Source: Candidatus Latescibacterota bacterium
GTDB taxonomy: Bacteria > Latescibacterota > UBA2968 > GCA-2709665
Direction of reading: 5' to 3'
Assembly (NCBI GenBank): GCA_965219995.1
Contig: CBDCOX010000002.1
Location: 4,192,001 to 4,256,000, forward strand
DNA length: 64,000 nt
Below are positions 11,659 to 22,384 of this stretch, in pieces; within the stretch, counting starts at the first letter, position 1; each line of letters opens with the position of its first letter. The position numbers were made by a program, and so were the translations under genes. A model generated the notes under the pieces. That model made no database searches, was not told the DNA's origin, and saw nothing but the letters and a program-made list of their open reading frames with translations.

Positions 11659-12600
11659 ATGAACAACGTGGTGAAGGGACCCGATTGGGTATGCGTCACG
11701 GAGAAGGCGGCTTGGCAGGCGCGGGATTCGCAGGGGGAAATGGTGTGGGACGGCCACATGTGGATTTTTGGCGGCTGGTTCACCCCGCAAACCCCCAACC
11801 CGCGGGACGTCTGGAAGTCATCCGACGGGAAGAATTGGACATGTACGGTGGAGGTCGCACCCTGGGAACACGGCGACCTTCCGGCAACCATGCCATTCAA
11901 GGACCGGATATGGCTGATGGGGGGGCGAAAATTACCGGGCAAGGAGAATACGAACACGGTATGGTCGTCGCCCGACGGCGCCGAGTGGGTCCTGGAAACG
12001 GATGATCCAGGCTGGTGTCCCCGGGTATCGCCCTCGTTTGTCGTGTTCAAGGACAGGATGTGGATCATGGGTGGAACCGAAAATTTCTACCAGGACGACG
12101 ACACGACGCTCAAGAACGACGTCTGGTCCACCGCCGACGGCCGGATCTGGAGGTGCGAAGTCGAAAACGCGGCCTGGTCGAAACGAACCCACGCCCAGGC
12201 CGTGGTCTTCAGGGATAAGATCTGGATCATGGGCGGCGGCGCCTGGCAGCCCGAGACCATCCCCCTCAACGACGTATGGTGTTCCGAAGACGGCGCCAAC
12301 TGGACTCAGGTGACGGCCGGGGCGCCCTGGAAGAAACGGATGTGGTTTTCCCTGGTCGTCTACCGGGACCATATGTGGGTTCTGGGGGGATGGTCGCGCA
12401 AGGACGGCGACTTCGGGGACGTCTGGTACTCGAAAGACGGCGCCAACTGGACGGAACTCAAATCCGACGCGATCTGGACAAATCGCCACGAGCATTCGGC
12501 CTACGTGTTCAAGGACAGAATCTGGCTGGCCGGCGGTCATGCCAGGCCGTTGAACAGCGAGGTCTGGTCACTGGAGTTGTCGCGGGACTGGCAGGGTTGA
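11659..12600 (+). CDS. Kelch-like beta-propeller protein
   Basis: About six repeats of VFKDRMWIMGG...NDVWS.DG.NW. Confidence 0.85.
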   Translation: MNNVVKGPDWVCVTEKAAWQARDSQGEMVWDGHMWIFGGWFTPQTPNPRDVWKSSDGKNWTCTVEVAPWEHGDLPATMPFKDRIWLMGGRKLPGKENTNTVWSSPDGAEWVLETDDPGWCPRVSPSFVVFKDRMWIMGGTENFYQDDDTTLKNDVWSTADGRIWRCEVENAAWSKRTHAQAVVFRDKIWIMGGGAWQPETIPLNDVWCSEDGANWTQVTAGAPWKKRMWFSLVVYRDHMWVLGGWSRKDGDFGDVWYSKDGANWTELKSDAIWTNRHEHSAYVFKDRIWLAGGHARPLNSEVWSLELSRDWQG

Positions 12601-12675
12601 GAAGGGGACTTGACGCAACGGACCTGCCCGGGTTTCTGTACCAGAGAGCAATCCGCAATCAGGAGGAATTTCAAT

Positions 12676-13863
12676 ATGAAGATCAAGTCCGTCCGGGCCG
12701 TTCAGGTGAACTTTCCAGAGACCTACGGGCACCCGAAGCCCGGTCCCGTGGAATACAAGACGGCGCGCCGTCCTTCCTGGGCCTCGCAGGGTCCTGTAGC
12801 CAACCCCATGACGCGTTATCCGCGTTACGCCGCGTTCCGTCCGTCCTGGCTGCCGAAATGGGGAGGGTTCGGCTGTGCCGTCGAGGCCGAAGACGGCACG
12901 CTGGGTTTCGCCACGGCCAGCCATGGCCGTCCGGTGGCGGCCGTCATCGATGATTTTCTCGGACCGAGGCTGGTGGGTGAGAGCTGCATGGCGACTGAAA
13001 AGTGCTACGATATGATGGTGCGGATGGGCGCTTCTTATGGCGCTACGGGCCTGCATGCGTACGCCGTGAGCGCAATTGACCTCGCACTGTGGGATCTCAA
13101 GGGCAAGCTCCTGGACCGGCCGGTATACGAACTGCTGGGCGGACCCGCGCGAGACGAGATGTTCTGCTATGCCACCGGCGGGGACGCCGACTGGTACCTG
13201 GAACTCGGATTCGAGGCCGTCAAGCTGCCCTGCCCGTACGGTCCGGCGGACGGCCTGGAGGGCCTCCGGAAGAACGTCGATCTCGTGGCCGGTACGCGAG
13301 ACCTGGCGGGCGACAACGTGGAACTGATGCTGGACTGCTGGATGGCGTTCGACGTGGAGTACGCCGTACGCCTGGCGGAGGAACTGCGTCCGTTCAAACT
13401 CAAATGGATGGAGGAAATGCTCCGCTCGGAGGATCTGGATGCCCACGCCGAGCTGCGCCGCCGGCTTCCGTGGGCCACCCTGGCCACCGGCGAACACTGG
13501 TACACGACCGTCCCGTTCCAGCACGCGGCAAGCCGGCACCTGCTGGACATCTTCCAGCCCGATATCAACTGGGTGGGCGGCCTCACCGCTGTGGTCAAGA
13601 TCTGCGCAATTGCAGAGGCAGCGGGCATCTCGGTCATTCCCCACGGCGGCGGGAATACGCCGTACGGGCAGCACGTCTGTTACGCGATGCCGGCAATCCC
13701 GTGGACCGAATGTTACATCGCCAGCCCGCCGGGCGTGGACCCGGATGAAGCCGCGCGGCCCCCCGGCGTTTCCGCCCCCCGGGACGGACGGATGAAGCCG
13801 GTCGACGGACCGGGCTTCGGCGTGGAGGTCACGGAAGCACAGGTGTCCCCGTTTCAATATTAG
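12676..13863 (+). CDS. L-rhamnonate dehydratase-like enolase superfamily enzyme
   Basis: VANPMTRYP, SAIDLALWDL, KLPCPYGPADG, LMLDCWM, WMEE, GEH, QPDINWVGG; RBS AGGAGG. Confidence 0.85.
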   Translation: MKIKSVRAVQVNFPETYGHPKPGPVEYKTARRPSWASQGPVANPMTRYPRYAAFRPSWLPKWGGFGCAVEAEDGTLGFATASHGRPVAAVIDDFLGPRLVGESCMATEKCYDMMVRMGASYGATGLHAYAVSAIDLALWDLKGKLLDRPVYELLGGPARDEMFCYATGGDADWYLELGFEAVKLPCPYGPADGLEGLRKNVDLVAGTRDLAGDNVELMLDCWMAFDVEYAVRLAEELRPFKLKWMEEMLRSEDLDAHAELRRRLPWATLATGEHWYTTVPFQHAASRHLLDIFQPDINWVGGLTAVVKICAIAEAAGISVIPHGGGNTPYGQHVCYAMPAIPWTECYIASPPGVDPDEAARPPGVSAPRDGRMKPVDGPGFGVEVTEAQVSPFQY

Positions 13864-13967
13864 AAGGGCGCCGGATTGCGGCAAGCTCCGTCGACAGCAC
13901 CGGGTAGGGATGTCATTCTCCCGCTTGCCACCCGCGAGGTCTGCCTGTGAACACCAGAGGATGCACG

Positions 13968-15692
13968 ATGAATCTGAATGTGTGGGTCATCGCGGCCGCA
14001 CTGGCGACGGGCAACGGGAATGTCAATCCGTCGCCGGCGTGGGCGGGGAATGCCGCCGATAGAGCAACCGCAAACTGCTGGCGGTCGGCGAGTTCGGACT
14101 GTGTCTTGCGGCTGACGCTTCAGGCCGCAAAGGCATTCGCCGCGAGATCCGATTGGGAATTGGAAATACGGGCCGGAGCGTTTGCCGCGGGCGCGGCCGC
14201 CCAGGCCATGAAGGACGATGCGGAGGACGCGAGCGTTAATTTCGATCGGGCGGTTGCCGCCGCCCGCACGATAGAGGGCGGATATGCCCGCGCCCGCGCG
14301 TTACGTAACGTTGCGTCCGTCCAGGCTGGCGCGGGAGCCGTCGAATCGGCCCGGGCGATCGCCGCGTCGATCGGAGATGCGCAGGGCAGGCTCGCCGCGC
14401 TGGTCGACGTTGCGTCGGCGTCGGCGAAACAGGGAGACCTCGGGGCAGCCCTGGAGAGTTTTCGCATCGCCGCCGCGACTGCGCGTTCCACTGGAGAAAG
14501 CCGTCTGCGCAAGCGAGGCCTGAGCAAGGTCGCCGTCGCGCAGGCGGCGGTCGGATACACCGCTTCTGCCCGAGGGACCGCGAGGTCGATTGAAGACGTG
14601 GAAGGGCGGGTCGCCGCCCTGTCCGACGTGGCGTTGACGCTGGCGAAGCAGGGAAGGGACGAAGACGCCAGGGCGTTCTTCGACCTGGCCGTTGAGGACG
14701 CGGGTGACGTCATCGACGGATATCGCCGGGCAATCGCGCTGGGCAAGGTCGCATGGGCGCAGGCGGAAACGGGTGACGAAACCGGAGCCCGCAAAACGCT
14801 GGACAGAGCCCTCCAGGCAGGCGGGCAAGGGATGGACATTTACAGCGCCGGCGTGACGATTGCTTCGCTCACCGACGTCGATCCTTACGCATTCATCCGG
14901 ATCGCAGGCGCTCAGAGGAGGGTAGAGGACCTTAATGGCGCTCGCCAGACCCTGCGCAGGGCGTTTCAGTCGGCCAGCGAGGATTCGTCGCCGTCTCAGG
15001 TGAAATGGCTGTTCAATATCGCATCGGCACAGTCGGCGGCCGGAGATGCCGACGGCGCGCGGCAGACCGTAGAAGCCGCCGCCCGCCGCCTCAGGTCCGA
15101 CGGCGATGGCGACCTCGCGCAGAACCTGGTCTACCATGTCGCGGCGGACCAGCTGCAGACGCTGCTCGAAATTGCCGCATCGATAGACCCCCAGGACATT
15201 GCGACAAGGAGAAATCTGGCCTATCACGTGGCCATGCGCCAGGCGCAGACGGGCGAGATACCCCGCAGCCTGCAAAATGCGAAGATAATCGACAACGTTG
15301 CGAGGCGGGATGCGGTCTTCAGGGAGATCGTAAGCGCGCAGGCACGCGCCGGGCGATTCACGGCGGCCACGTCGACGGCACGGTCAATCGGGGATTCGAA
15401 CAAAAGGGTCCGGGCGCTGTCTGAGATCGCGCAGGCGCAGGCGCAATCGGGTGACGTTGTCGGCGCCGGAAAAACCCTTCGCCGGGCGACAGCGGAACTG
15501 AGCGGATCACGTGGCGCCGTGATCACCACGTGGACCTGCACCGACCTTGCCAGGGCGCAGGTCGAGGCGGGTCGGCCCGGCGAAGCGAAGCAGACCCTGC
15601 GTTACGCCCTCGGGCAGCTCAGGTCGGCCTCCCCGCTCGCCCGCGCTACCTGGCTGCCGGAAATACTGGACGTGATCATGAAGATGGAATAG
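13968..15692 (+). CDS. secreted TPR-like alpha-repeat protein
   Basis: Repeats of RARAL..IA.AQA..GD...A...A.SI; hydrophobic N-terminus. Confidence 0.7.
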   Translation: MNLNVWVIAAALATGNGNVNPSPAWAGNAADRATANCWRSASSDCVLRLTLQAAKAFAARSDWELEIRAGAFAAGAAAQAMKDDAEDASVNFDRAVAAARTIEGGYARARALRNVASVQAGAGAVESARAIAASIGDAQGRLAALVDVASASAKQGDLGAALESFRIAAATARSTGESRLRKRGLSKVAVAQAAVGYTASARGTARSIEDVEGRVAALSDVALTLAKQGRDEDARAFFDLAVEDAGDVIDGYRRAIALGKVAWAQAETGDETGARKTLDRALQAGGQGMDIYSAGVTIASLTDVDPYAFIRIAGAQRRVEDLNGARQTLRRAFQSASEDSSPSQVKWLFNIASAQSAAGDADGARQTVEAAARRLRSDGDGDLAQNLVYHVAADQLQTLLEIAASIDPQDIATRRNLAYHVAMRQAQTGEIPRSLQNAKIIDNVARRDAVFREIVSAQARAGRFTAATSTARSIGDSNKRVRALSEIAQAQAQSGDVVGAGKTLRRATAELSGSRGAVITTWTCTDLARAQVEAGRPGEAKQTLRYALGQLRSASPLARATWLPEILDVIMKME

Positions 15693-15785
15693 AAAATGGC
15701 GTCCAGTGTCCTGTCCCAAAAATACCTCACCATTCCTCCGCCGATTCATCCCGTCTCGCTGCGGTGTGATCTCGTGACTTCGGTA

Positions 15786-15995
15786 AGAGGTTAGACGATA
15801 GAGGAAAAAACTGAAAGTGGTGAGACGGGAGACGGGAGCCGTGAGATGACATCATTGCCCGTTTGGTTTTTCCGTTATGCCTCCGGCACAAAATGAAACC
15901 GGACGCGGCGGACAATCTCTCCCCTCTTACGTCTAACGTCTCCCCGCCTTTAGGGCACTCATATCATCTCCCCTCTCCCCTCTCACCGCCTTTAG
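15786..15995. repeat. intergenic element with inverted heptamer-periodic arms
   Basis: GAGACGG-type purine arm and CGTCT-type pyrimidine arm; ACGTCTCCCCGCCTTTAGGG (15936-15955) identical to 30813-30832. Confidence 0.6.
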
Positions 15996-16162
15996 AGAAC
16001 TGTCGCTTTCACACGGCCGAATTTAGGCAACTTATTTCCGGGACAGAACACTAGCGGGGACATCGATCGAATCGTTACAGAAATGCGAATGCGAACGGAG
16101 GCGCCAGGAAATCGGGCGTCTCTTTTGGGTGTAAACGACCGGTCTGCGATGCGGCCGTAACG

Positions 16163-16200
16163 AAAAGAAGGCGGGCGCCGCTCTTCCGGCGCCCGCCTTT
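16163..16200 (-). terminator. intrinsic terminator after csp
   Basis: AAGGCGGGCGCCG-ctcttc-CGGCGCCCGCCTT stem with T-run on the minus strand. Confidence 0.8.
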
Positions 16201-16222
16201 ACGTGTAAATGCTTCGTTACTC

Positions 16223-16423
16223 CTATCGCTTGGTCACATTTGCCGCCTGGAGCCCCTTCGGGCCTTCGACGATGTCGAATTCGACCTCATCACCCTCGGC
16301 CAAAGACTTGAAACCCTCAGCCTGGATTGCCGAAAAATGCACGAATACGTCTTCCCCGCCGTCCTGCTCGATGAAACCAAAGCCCTTGGCGTCGTTGAAC
16401 CACTTCACTCGACCGTCAGCCAC
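16223..16423 (-). CDS. csp: cold-shock protein (CspA family)
   Basis: [15 protein letters not shown]...DVFVHFSAI (RNP1/RNP2). Confidence 0.97.
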   Translation of the reverse strand: MADGRVKWFNDAKGFGFIEQDGGEDVFVHFSAIQAEGFKSLAEGDEVEFDIVEGPKGLQAANVTKR

Positions 16424-16456
16424 TGCTAATTCACCACCTTTCTACCTTGAACTGAA

Positions 16457-16526
16457 TGTGCAGACAATCAAAAAGGCAAGGACCCGAAATTCTGATCCTT
16501 GCCGAATCGTTTTTTTCGACTGCACA
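16457..16526 (-). promoter_or_regulatory. structured csp 5' leader
   Basis: Minus strand GGCAAGGA...TCCTTGCC followed by TTTTT, enclosed by TGTGCAG/CTGCACA. Confidence 0.5.
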
Positions 16527-16699
16527 GGAGACAGAAACAACGTCCTTCTATTTACAACATCACACACTAAGTTAAGTGCTTCGGTTTCGAATGTCAACAT
16601 CTTTTTTACATTGGATGAATTTTCGCACCTCACGCCGGAATCTGACCGACCGGGCCGATGCGACGCCGGCCAGGTCCGAACTGCCCGAACAGTTGCGCA

Positions 16700-17026
16700 T
16701 CAGTGCGTCGAATTGGAGAGATGCAGGCCTGTTACGCCGCCGATAATCAGCCCGATGGAGATCAGTTTGACCGCGGTGACCGGCTCTTTGAAGTACCAGA
16801 AACCGATAACGCTGATGACAGCGGTCCCCAGGCCCGCCCAGACGGCGTATGCAATGCTGACCGGGATCTGTTTGAGCGCCATGGTCAGTCCTGTCAGGGA
16901 GGCCAGGTAGAAGACGGCCACGCCGATCGAGGGCCACAAACGGGCGAATCCGTCCGAGAGTTTCATACATGTCGTGCCGGCGACTTCCAGAACGATGGCG
17001 AAAAAAAGGTACAACCAGCTGGCCAT
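16700..17026 (-). CDS. SMR/DMT family small multidrug transporter
   Basis: WLYLFFAIVLEVAGTTCMKLSDGF (conserved Glu), PVSIAYAVWAGLG. Confidence 0.92.
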   Translation of the reverse strand: MASWLYLFFAIVLEVAGTTCMKLSDGFARLWPSIGVAVFYLASLTGLTMALKQIPVSIAYAVWAGLGTAVISVIGFWYFKEPVTAVKLISIGLIIGGVTGLHLSNSTH

Positions 17027-17150
17027 TGACAGATCTCCTCGGCGGATGATGGTTGCGGTTGACTTTCGTCGGGTCCGTTGGCATTTTAGCCACGTTCCAC
17101 GGATGAGGCAAACGCAATCCAGGGGGTTTTTCAACGGAAAGGACAATTGA

Positions 17151-18017
17151 ATGTCGCTGCCGATCATTATGCACGTGAATTACTGTGAACAGGGGCAGAC
17201 GATCCCTGAGATGTGTCGGAAGGCGGTAGGCTGGGGATACGACGGGATCGAGTTCCGTCGGGTTCGCCGGGGTGACGAGGAGACGACCGAGCAGTACCTG
17301 GATACGATCGCCGCGGCCGCGGAAGCCTCGGGACTGAAGCACGTGTTGTTCGGGGGCCCCGGCGTGGAGTTGATGCAGGAAGATGCCGGCCTCCGCAGGG
17401 CGCAGGTGGAGGAGGGGATAAGGTTCTATCGTCTCGCCGGCGAACGGCTGAAGCTGACGGTGTGCAATATCATGGCAGGTACATTGCGCAGTACGGACCC
17501 GAAGGCGGGGTCGGCGCATCATTTGCATGGTTCCGGAGCCGCGTCGGCGTACCATTACGAATGGGCCGCCGAGGGATTCAGGGAACTCGGCGCGGTCGCC
17601 GAGGAGATCGGATTCAAGCTGGCGTTCGAGATCCACATGGGCTATGTACACGATCTGCCCGCGCCCACGATGAAGCTCCTGGACATGATCGGTTCATCGG
17701 CTGTGGGGGCGAATCTGGACTACGGGAATATGGTGTATTTCCCGTCATGTCCGTCTATCGGCGAAACTGTATCCACGCTGGGGGAGAAGCTGTTCATGGT
17801 ACACCTGAAGAACTCGATGCCAGCGGGCGACGGACGGAACGCCGTGGGCCTGGGCGACGGTACGATCAACCACCGGGAGTACCTGCTGGCCTTGAAAGAC
17901 GCCGGTTTCGACGGTCCCGTCTGCATCGAAGCGCCCAGGGCGGGCGACCGGGAGTGGTACGCCCGGCAGGACGTCGCATATCTGAAATCGGTCTTGAAGG
18001 ATCTTGCGCTGGGGTAG
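17151..18017 (+). CDS. sugar phosphate isomerase/epimerase (xylose isomerase-like TIM barrel)
   Basis: GYDGIE, LAFEIH, NLDYGN, HLKN, GFDGPVCIE. Confidence 0.85.
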   Translation: MSLPIIMHVNYCEQGQTIPEMCRKAVGWGYDGIEFRRVRRGDEETTEQYLDTIAAAAEASGLKHVLFGGPGVELMQEDAGLRRAQVEEGIRFYRLAGERLKLTVCNIMAGTLRSTDPKAGSAHHLHGSGAASAYHYEWAAEGFRELGAVAEEIGFKLAFEIHMGYVHDLPAPTMKLLDMIGSSAVGANLDYGNMVYFPSCPSIGETVSTLGEKLFMVHLKNSMPAGDGRNAVGLGDGTINHREYLLALKDAGFDGPVCIEAPRAGDREWYARQDVAYLKSVLKDLALG

Positions 18018-18078
18018 TATCGGCGTCCGTTTCAGGGATCGAGTTGATCGAAGTTTCGTTCTTCGACAGCGGGTCCCG

Positions 18079-19062
18079 TCAGTTCAGGACCAGGCGGGAC
18101 GCTCCCAGGACGCCGGCGTCGTTGCCCAGTTCGGCCGGGAGGATGCGGGTATGATGGAACATCCCCTCCAGCGTGTATTCTCTGGCCGCGGCGTTGATGG
18201 GGTCCAGAAGAACGCGGCCGGCGGCTGAAATTCCCCCGCCGATGGCGATTACGTCGGGGCTGATGACATTGATGATATTGGCAATGGCGATGCCGAGATA
18301 ACGGGCAACGCGTGCGACGGCTTCACGGGCGAGGCGGTCGCCGTTTTTCGCGGCCAGGCAAATGGTTTCGGGGGTGAGGGGCTCCGCGTTTGAGAGGGAA
18401 GCAGGCGGCGCCTCCGGCAGGCGGCGGCGAACGTATCGGACCATCGCGGGACCGGCGGTGAGCGCTTCCAGACATCCTTTTTTTCCGCATCCGCAGACAG
18501 GGCCGTCCGGCTCCATGCACATGTGCCCGATCTCGCCCGCGGCGAACGAGGCGCCATGGTGGATGCCGCCGCCCAGAACGAGTCCGCCTCCGATGCCCGT
18601 TCCCAGGGTGATGAGGAAGAGAGATTCGCATCCGCGGCCCGCCCCCAGGTGGGCTTCTCCCATGGCGGCAACGCTGGCGTCGTTGTCGATTTCAACGCGC
18701 AGCTGGATCCGTTCCTCCAGGATCCGCTTGAACGGGACGCGGCGCCAGTGGAGATTGGGGGCGATAATCACGTCTCCCTCCGCCGTGGTAACGCCGGGCA
18801 CGCCGATACCAACGCCGGCCACGTCGTCGTTCGCCAGGCCGTGCCGGTGGCAAAGGGTTTCGAAGAGTTCCGCGATCCGGTCCGCCACGCCGTGTTCGCC
18901 GCTGCCGACGTCCGTGGGAACACGGGCTTTGCCTTCGATGCGACCGTCTGCGTCGATGAGCGCGCCCTTGATGCTGCCGCCGCCGAGATCGATGCCGACC
19001 GCATGTCGATGTTGACCTGCCATAGCGGACCTTTCCGGTTTGCCCCTGCCGATGAACTTCAC
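18079..19062 (-). CDS. ROK family sugar kinase (glucokinase-like)
   Basis: GIDLGG, DNDA, LGTGIGGG, GEIGH, CGCGKKGCLE; start may be 19023. Confidence 0.92.
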   Translation of the reverse strand: MKFIGRGKPERSAMAGQHRHAVGIDLGGGSIKGALIDADGRIEGKARVPTDVGSGEHGVADRIAELFETLCHRHGLANDDVAGVGIGVPGVTTAEGDVIIAPNLHWRRVPFKRILEERIQLRVEIDNDASVAAMGEAHLGAGRGCESLFLITLGTGIGGGLVLGGGIHHGASFAAGEIGHMCMEPDGPVCGCGKKGCLEALTAGPAMVRYVRRRLPEAPPASLSNAEPLTPETICLAAKNGDRLAREAVARVARYLGIAIANIINVISPDVIAIGGGISAAGRVLLDPINAAAREYTLEGMFHHTRILPAELGNDAGVLGASRLVLN

Positions 19063-19131
19063 GATGTCCTGTCTATTGACGCAGGAGCGATCCGAGGGCG
19101 CCGGTGCTCGTGGCAGGACCGGGTTCGCGAG

Positions 19132-19452
19132 TCAGGCGTTTTCTGCGATCCAGTCCAGGTACGGCGGATGCCCACGGTGTATGGGAAGAGCGATCACTTC
19201 AGGAACATCGTAACTGTGCAGTTCGTTCGCCCGGGCAATGAGCGCGTCGAGGCTGGTCTGTGAAGTCTTGAGGATCATCAGGAATTCGGCATCATCTTCT
19301 ATGGCGCCCTGCCAGCGGTAGATGGACCGGATCTGACCGGTAATATTGGCGCACGCCGCCAGGCGTTCTTCAACCAGGGCGCGGCCGATTCGGGCGGCCT
19401 CCGCTTCGCTCGGAACGGTGATGAACACGACGTAATTCCGGACTTCAGGCAT
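19132..19452 (-). CDS. cutA: divalent-cation tolerance protein CutA
   Basis: LVEERLAAC, SIYRWQG, HSYDVPE, YLDWI. Confidence 0.95.
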   Translation of the reverse strand: MPEVRNYVVFITVPSEAEAARIGRALVEERLAACANITGQIRSIYRWQGAIEDDAEFLMILKTSQTSLDALIARANELHSYDVPEVIALPIHRGHPPYLDWIAENA

Positions 19453-19666
19453 GGATTACCCCCAGGAGTCGAGACCCATACGAATTCGCGTAGCGAAACG
19501 GCACGCTGGCGGCAGACCGGCGCGTTGGAGGGCGGTCGCATGCCGTTGGGATTCCACCGGAATCTCGCACCGCTGAAGATATGCAGAAGGTTGGGAAAGT
19601 CAAGGCGAGAATCGGATTGAAATTACGTCAGGAAAACAGGCGTCTCCGGCGGCGCTCGGCGAGAAT

Positions 19667-20785
19667 TTGAGGTATTCAGACGAAATGGAATCGGTACGAA
19701 CTGACCGCGATGACGGTCTCGATCCGCAGCGTCGGTTGCGGGTCCGCGAGGTGCTTGAACGCCACGTCCGGGCGAAGAGTACGCCCGGTGTGGTGGGGCT
19801 CGCGGTGCGGGGCTCGGGTGGGGTCGCGTTCTGGACGGCAGGTCGGCACACGTACGAGCCGGATTCACCGGAAGTCCGCCAGGACGACATGTACGATCTC
19901 GCGTCGCTGACCAAGGTGATTGCCACAACCTCCATCTGTATGGCGCTTGAACCCCACCTGGACCTGGATGAGCGGGTGGAGAGATACGTACCGGCGTTCA
20001 AGGGGGACGGCAAAGATCGCGTTACGATAAGGCATCTCCTGGCGCATTGCGCTGGACTGCCGGCGCACCAGCGTTTTTTCGAGACCTTGCAAGGTAAGGA
20101 GGCCGTACTGGCGGCCGCATGCAGGACTCCACTGGCCTATCCGCCGGGGACGGGGACAATCTACAGCGACGTGAGCTTTCTGGTGCTGGGGGCTGCCCTG
20201 GAGCGCGTGGGTTGCGCCCCGCTCGAAGAACTGGCTCAGCGGCACGTGTTCGCGCCGATGGGGATGGCGGAGACGATGTATCTGCCCGGGCGCGAATTGC
20301 TGTCAAGAATACCGCCAACGGAATTTCAGGCGGAGCAGCGCCGGGGGATGATTCACGGCGAGGTACACGACGGAAATGCATGGGCGATGGGCGGCGTGGC
20401 GCCGCACGCGGGACTCTTCGGGACCGCGGCCGATCTGGGACGGTTTTTGAGGATGATTCTGAACGGTGGGGTATACGAGGGAAAGCGGGTCTTCTCTGAA
20501 GCCGCCATCCGCCGGTTCACGTCGCGGGCGGGACTGGCGCCGGGCAGTTCCCGCGCGCTGGGATGGGACACGGTATCGAAGGACGGCAGTTCCGCGGGCC
20601 GGCACTTCTCGACTCGCGCGTTCGGACATACCGGATTCACGGGCACTTCCGTCTGGGCGGACCCGGAACTTGACGTGGGCGTGGTGCTACTGACGAACCG
20701 GGTGCATCCCAGCCGCGAGAATGAGGGAATTCGGAGGTTGCGCCCCGAGTTTCACGATGCGGTGATGCAAGTGGTCTTCCGTTGA
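19667..20785 (+). CDS. serine hydrolase, beta-lactamase/AmpC-like
   Basis: ASLTK (SxxK), YSD, HAGLF, FGHTGFTG, LLTNRVHP; start may be 19685. Confidence 0.9.
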   Translation: MRYSDEMESVRTDRDDGLDPQRRLRVREVLERHVRAKSTPGVVGLAVRGSGGVAFWTAGRHTYEPDSPEVRQDDMYDLASLTKVIATTSICMALEPHLDLDERVERYVPAFKGDGKDRVTIRHLLAHCAGLPAHQRFFETLQGKEAVLAAACRTPLAYPPGTGTIYSDVSFLVLGAALERVGCAPLEELAQRHVFAPMGMAETMYLPGRELLSRIPPTEFQAEQRRGMIHGEVHDGNAWAMGGVAPHAGLFGTAADLGRFLRMILNGGVYEGKRVFSEAAIRRFTSRAGLAPGSSRALGWDTVSKDGSSAGRHFSTRAFGHTGFTGTSVWADPELDVGVVLLTNRVHPSRENEGIRRLRPEFHDAVMQVVFR

Positions 20786-20830
20786 GGGCCGCAGTCATTG
20801 GCGGACGAACCGAAGCGTCTCGATTCCCGG

Positions 20831-22384
20831 CTAAGGCGATACCTTTTTCAGGTACTCCAGGTCCAGTTCCGGGTACGCCGGATATCTGTCGAGCAGATCG
20901 GCTACCGCGCCGCGGGCTTCTTCGAGCGCATCCCTTCGGGTACGTGCCCGCGCCTTGCTGGGATTTCCGGCCTGGTTGCCCTTCTTGATCAAGGCGGGCC
21001 TTGTGTTCAAGAGTACAAGGCGCAAAACAGAAGCGATCTGCCGCATTTCCCCCGCGCCCATGCCGAGCGTGGTGAGGGCCGGTGTGCCAAGCCGGAGGCC
21101 GCTCGTATACCAGGCGCCGTTCGTGTCGAAAGGCAGGGCATTTCGGTTGAGGGTGATTCCAGCATTTCGAAGGACGGACTCCGCCTGCCGTCCGGTGAGA
21201 CCCAGCGGCGTTACGTCGATGAGCACCATATGGTTTTCGGTGCCGCCGGTGAGTACGTCAAGCCCCTCTTCGCCGCAGGCCTCGGCCAGGTCTCGTGCAT
21301 TGTCCACAATTCGGCGCGCATAGGTTCCGAATGCATCCGTACCGGCCTCTTCGAAGGCGACGGCCTTCGCGGCGATCGCATGGGGAAGGGGACCGCCCAG
21401 CACCATCGGACACCCCCGGTCCACGTGTTCGGCGAATTCCTCCCTGCAGAGAACCATGCCGCCTCGCGGCCCCCTGAGGGTCTTGTGGGTCGTGGTGGTC
21501 ACGACGTCGGCGTGGGCCACGGGATCGTATTCTCCCGTGAAGACTCTGCCCGCCACCAGTCCCGCGAAGTGCGCCATGTCCACCATGAAGACCGCGCCGA
21601 CTTCATCCGCGATTTCCCTGAAGATGCGAAAATTGATCTTCCGTGTGTAGGCGCTGTACCCGGCCAGGAGAATCAGGGGTCTGAACGCTTTCGCCTGGCT
21701 TCGGACCCGATCGTAATCGATACGTTTGGTTTCCGGGTCGACACCGTAGGATTCGACGTGGAACATTTTCGCCGATACGTTGTGCCGGTAACCGTGGGTG
21801 AGGTGGCCGCCGGAGTAGTAGTCGAGGCCCAGTAATTTCTGATTGCCCAGCGCGGTCCTGAGTTCCCGCCAGTCGCCGTCGGAAAGGGCCCCGGGATCGG
21901 TCTTTCCCGTTCGATCCATGAACGGCGCCTGGACGCGGGCGGCGAGGATCGCCCAGAACGCCACGAGGTTTGCGTCTGCGCCGGAGTGGGGCTGTACGTA
22001 CGCATGTTCCGCGCCGAAGAGGCCGCGTGCCAGGGTAGCGGCATGTTTTTCGATGGTATCGACGTTGTCGCATCCGGCATAGAAACGGCGTTCGGGTACG
22101 CCTTCGGCATACTTGTCGGTGAAGAGATTGCCTTGCGCGAGCTGTACGGCCAGCGAGCAATAGTTCTCGCTGGCGATCATCTTCAGGTTGCCGCGCTGGT
22201 GTTCGAGTTCGGCGACGATGGATGCGGCAATCTGCGGCGACACCGAGTGAATCTGTTCGAGTGACGCGAGGTAGGCGACAAATCCGGGATCCGCGGGTTT
22301 GCCGGCGGCGGCGGTCTCCGAGAGATACATGGCAAGGGGCGACGTCGAGCGATTCAACCCGGCAGGTGGTGTAGCCTGAACCAT
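20831..22384 (-). CDS. glyA: serine hydroxymethyltransferase (long type)
   Basis: [50 protein letters not shown]. Confidence 0.95.
   Translation of the reverse strand: MVQATPPAGLNRSTSPLAMYLSETAAAGKPADPGFVAYLASLEQIHSVSPQIAASIVAELEHQRGNLKMIASENYCSLAVQLAQGNLFTDKYAEGVPERRFYAGCDNVDTIEKHAATLARGLFGAEHAYVQPHSGADANLVAFWAILAARVQAPFMDRTGKTDPGALSDGDWRELRTALGNQKLLGLDYYSGGHLTHGYRHNVSAKMFHVESYGVDPETKRIDYDRVRSQAKAFRPLILLAGYSAYTRKINFRIFREIADEVGAVFMVDMAHFAGLVAGRVFTGEYDPVAHADVVTTTTHKTLRGPRGGMVLCREEFAEHVDRGCPMVLGGPLPHAIAAKAVAFEEAGTDAFGTYARRIVDNARDLAEACGEEGLDVLTGGTENHMVLIDVTPLGLTGRQAESVLRNAGITLNRNALPFDTNGAWYTSGLRLGTPALTTLGMGAGEMRQIASVLRLVLLNTRPALIKKGNQAGNPSKARARTRRDALEEARGAVADLLDRYPAYPELDLEYLKKVSP

Noticed and set aside
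15786-15995. CRISPR array
   Set aside because: No constant repeats with regular unique spacers and no cas genes.
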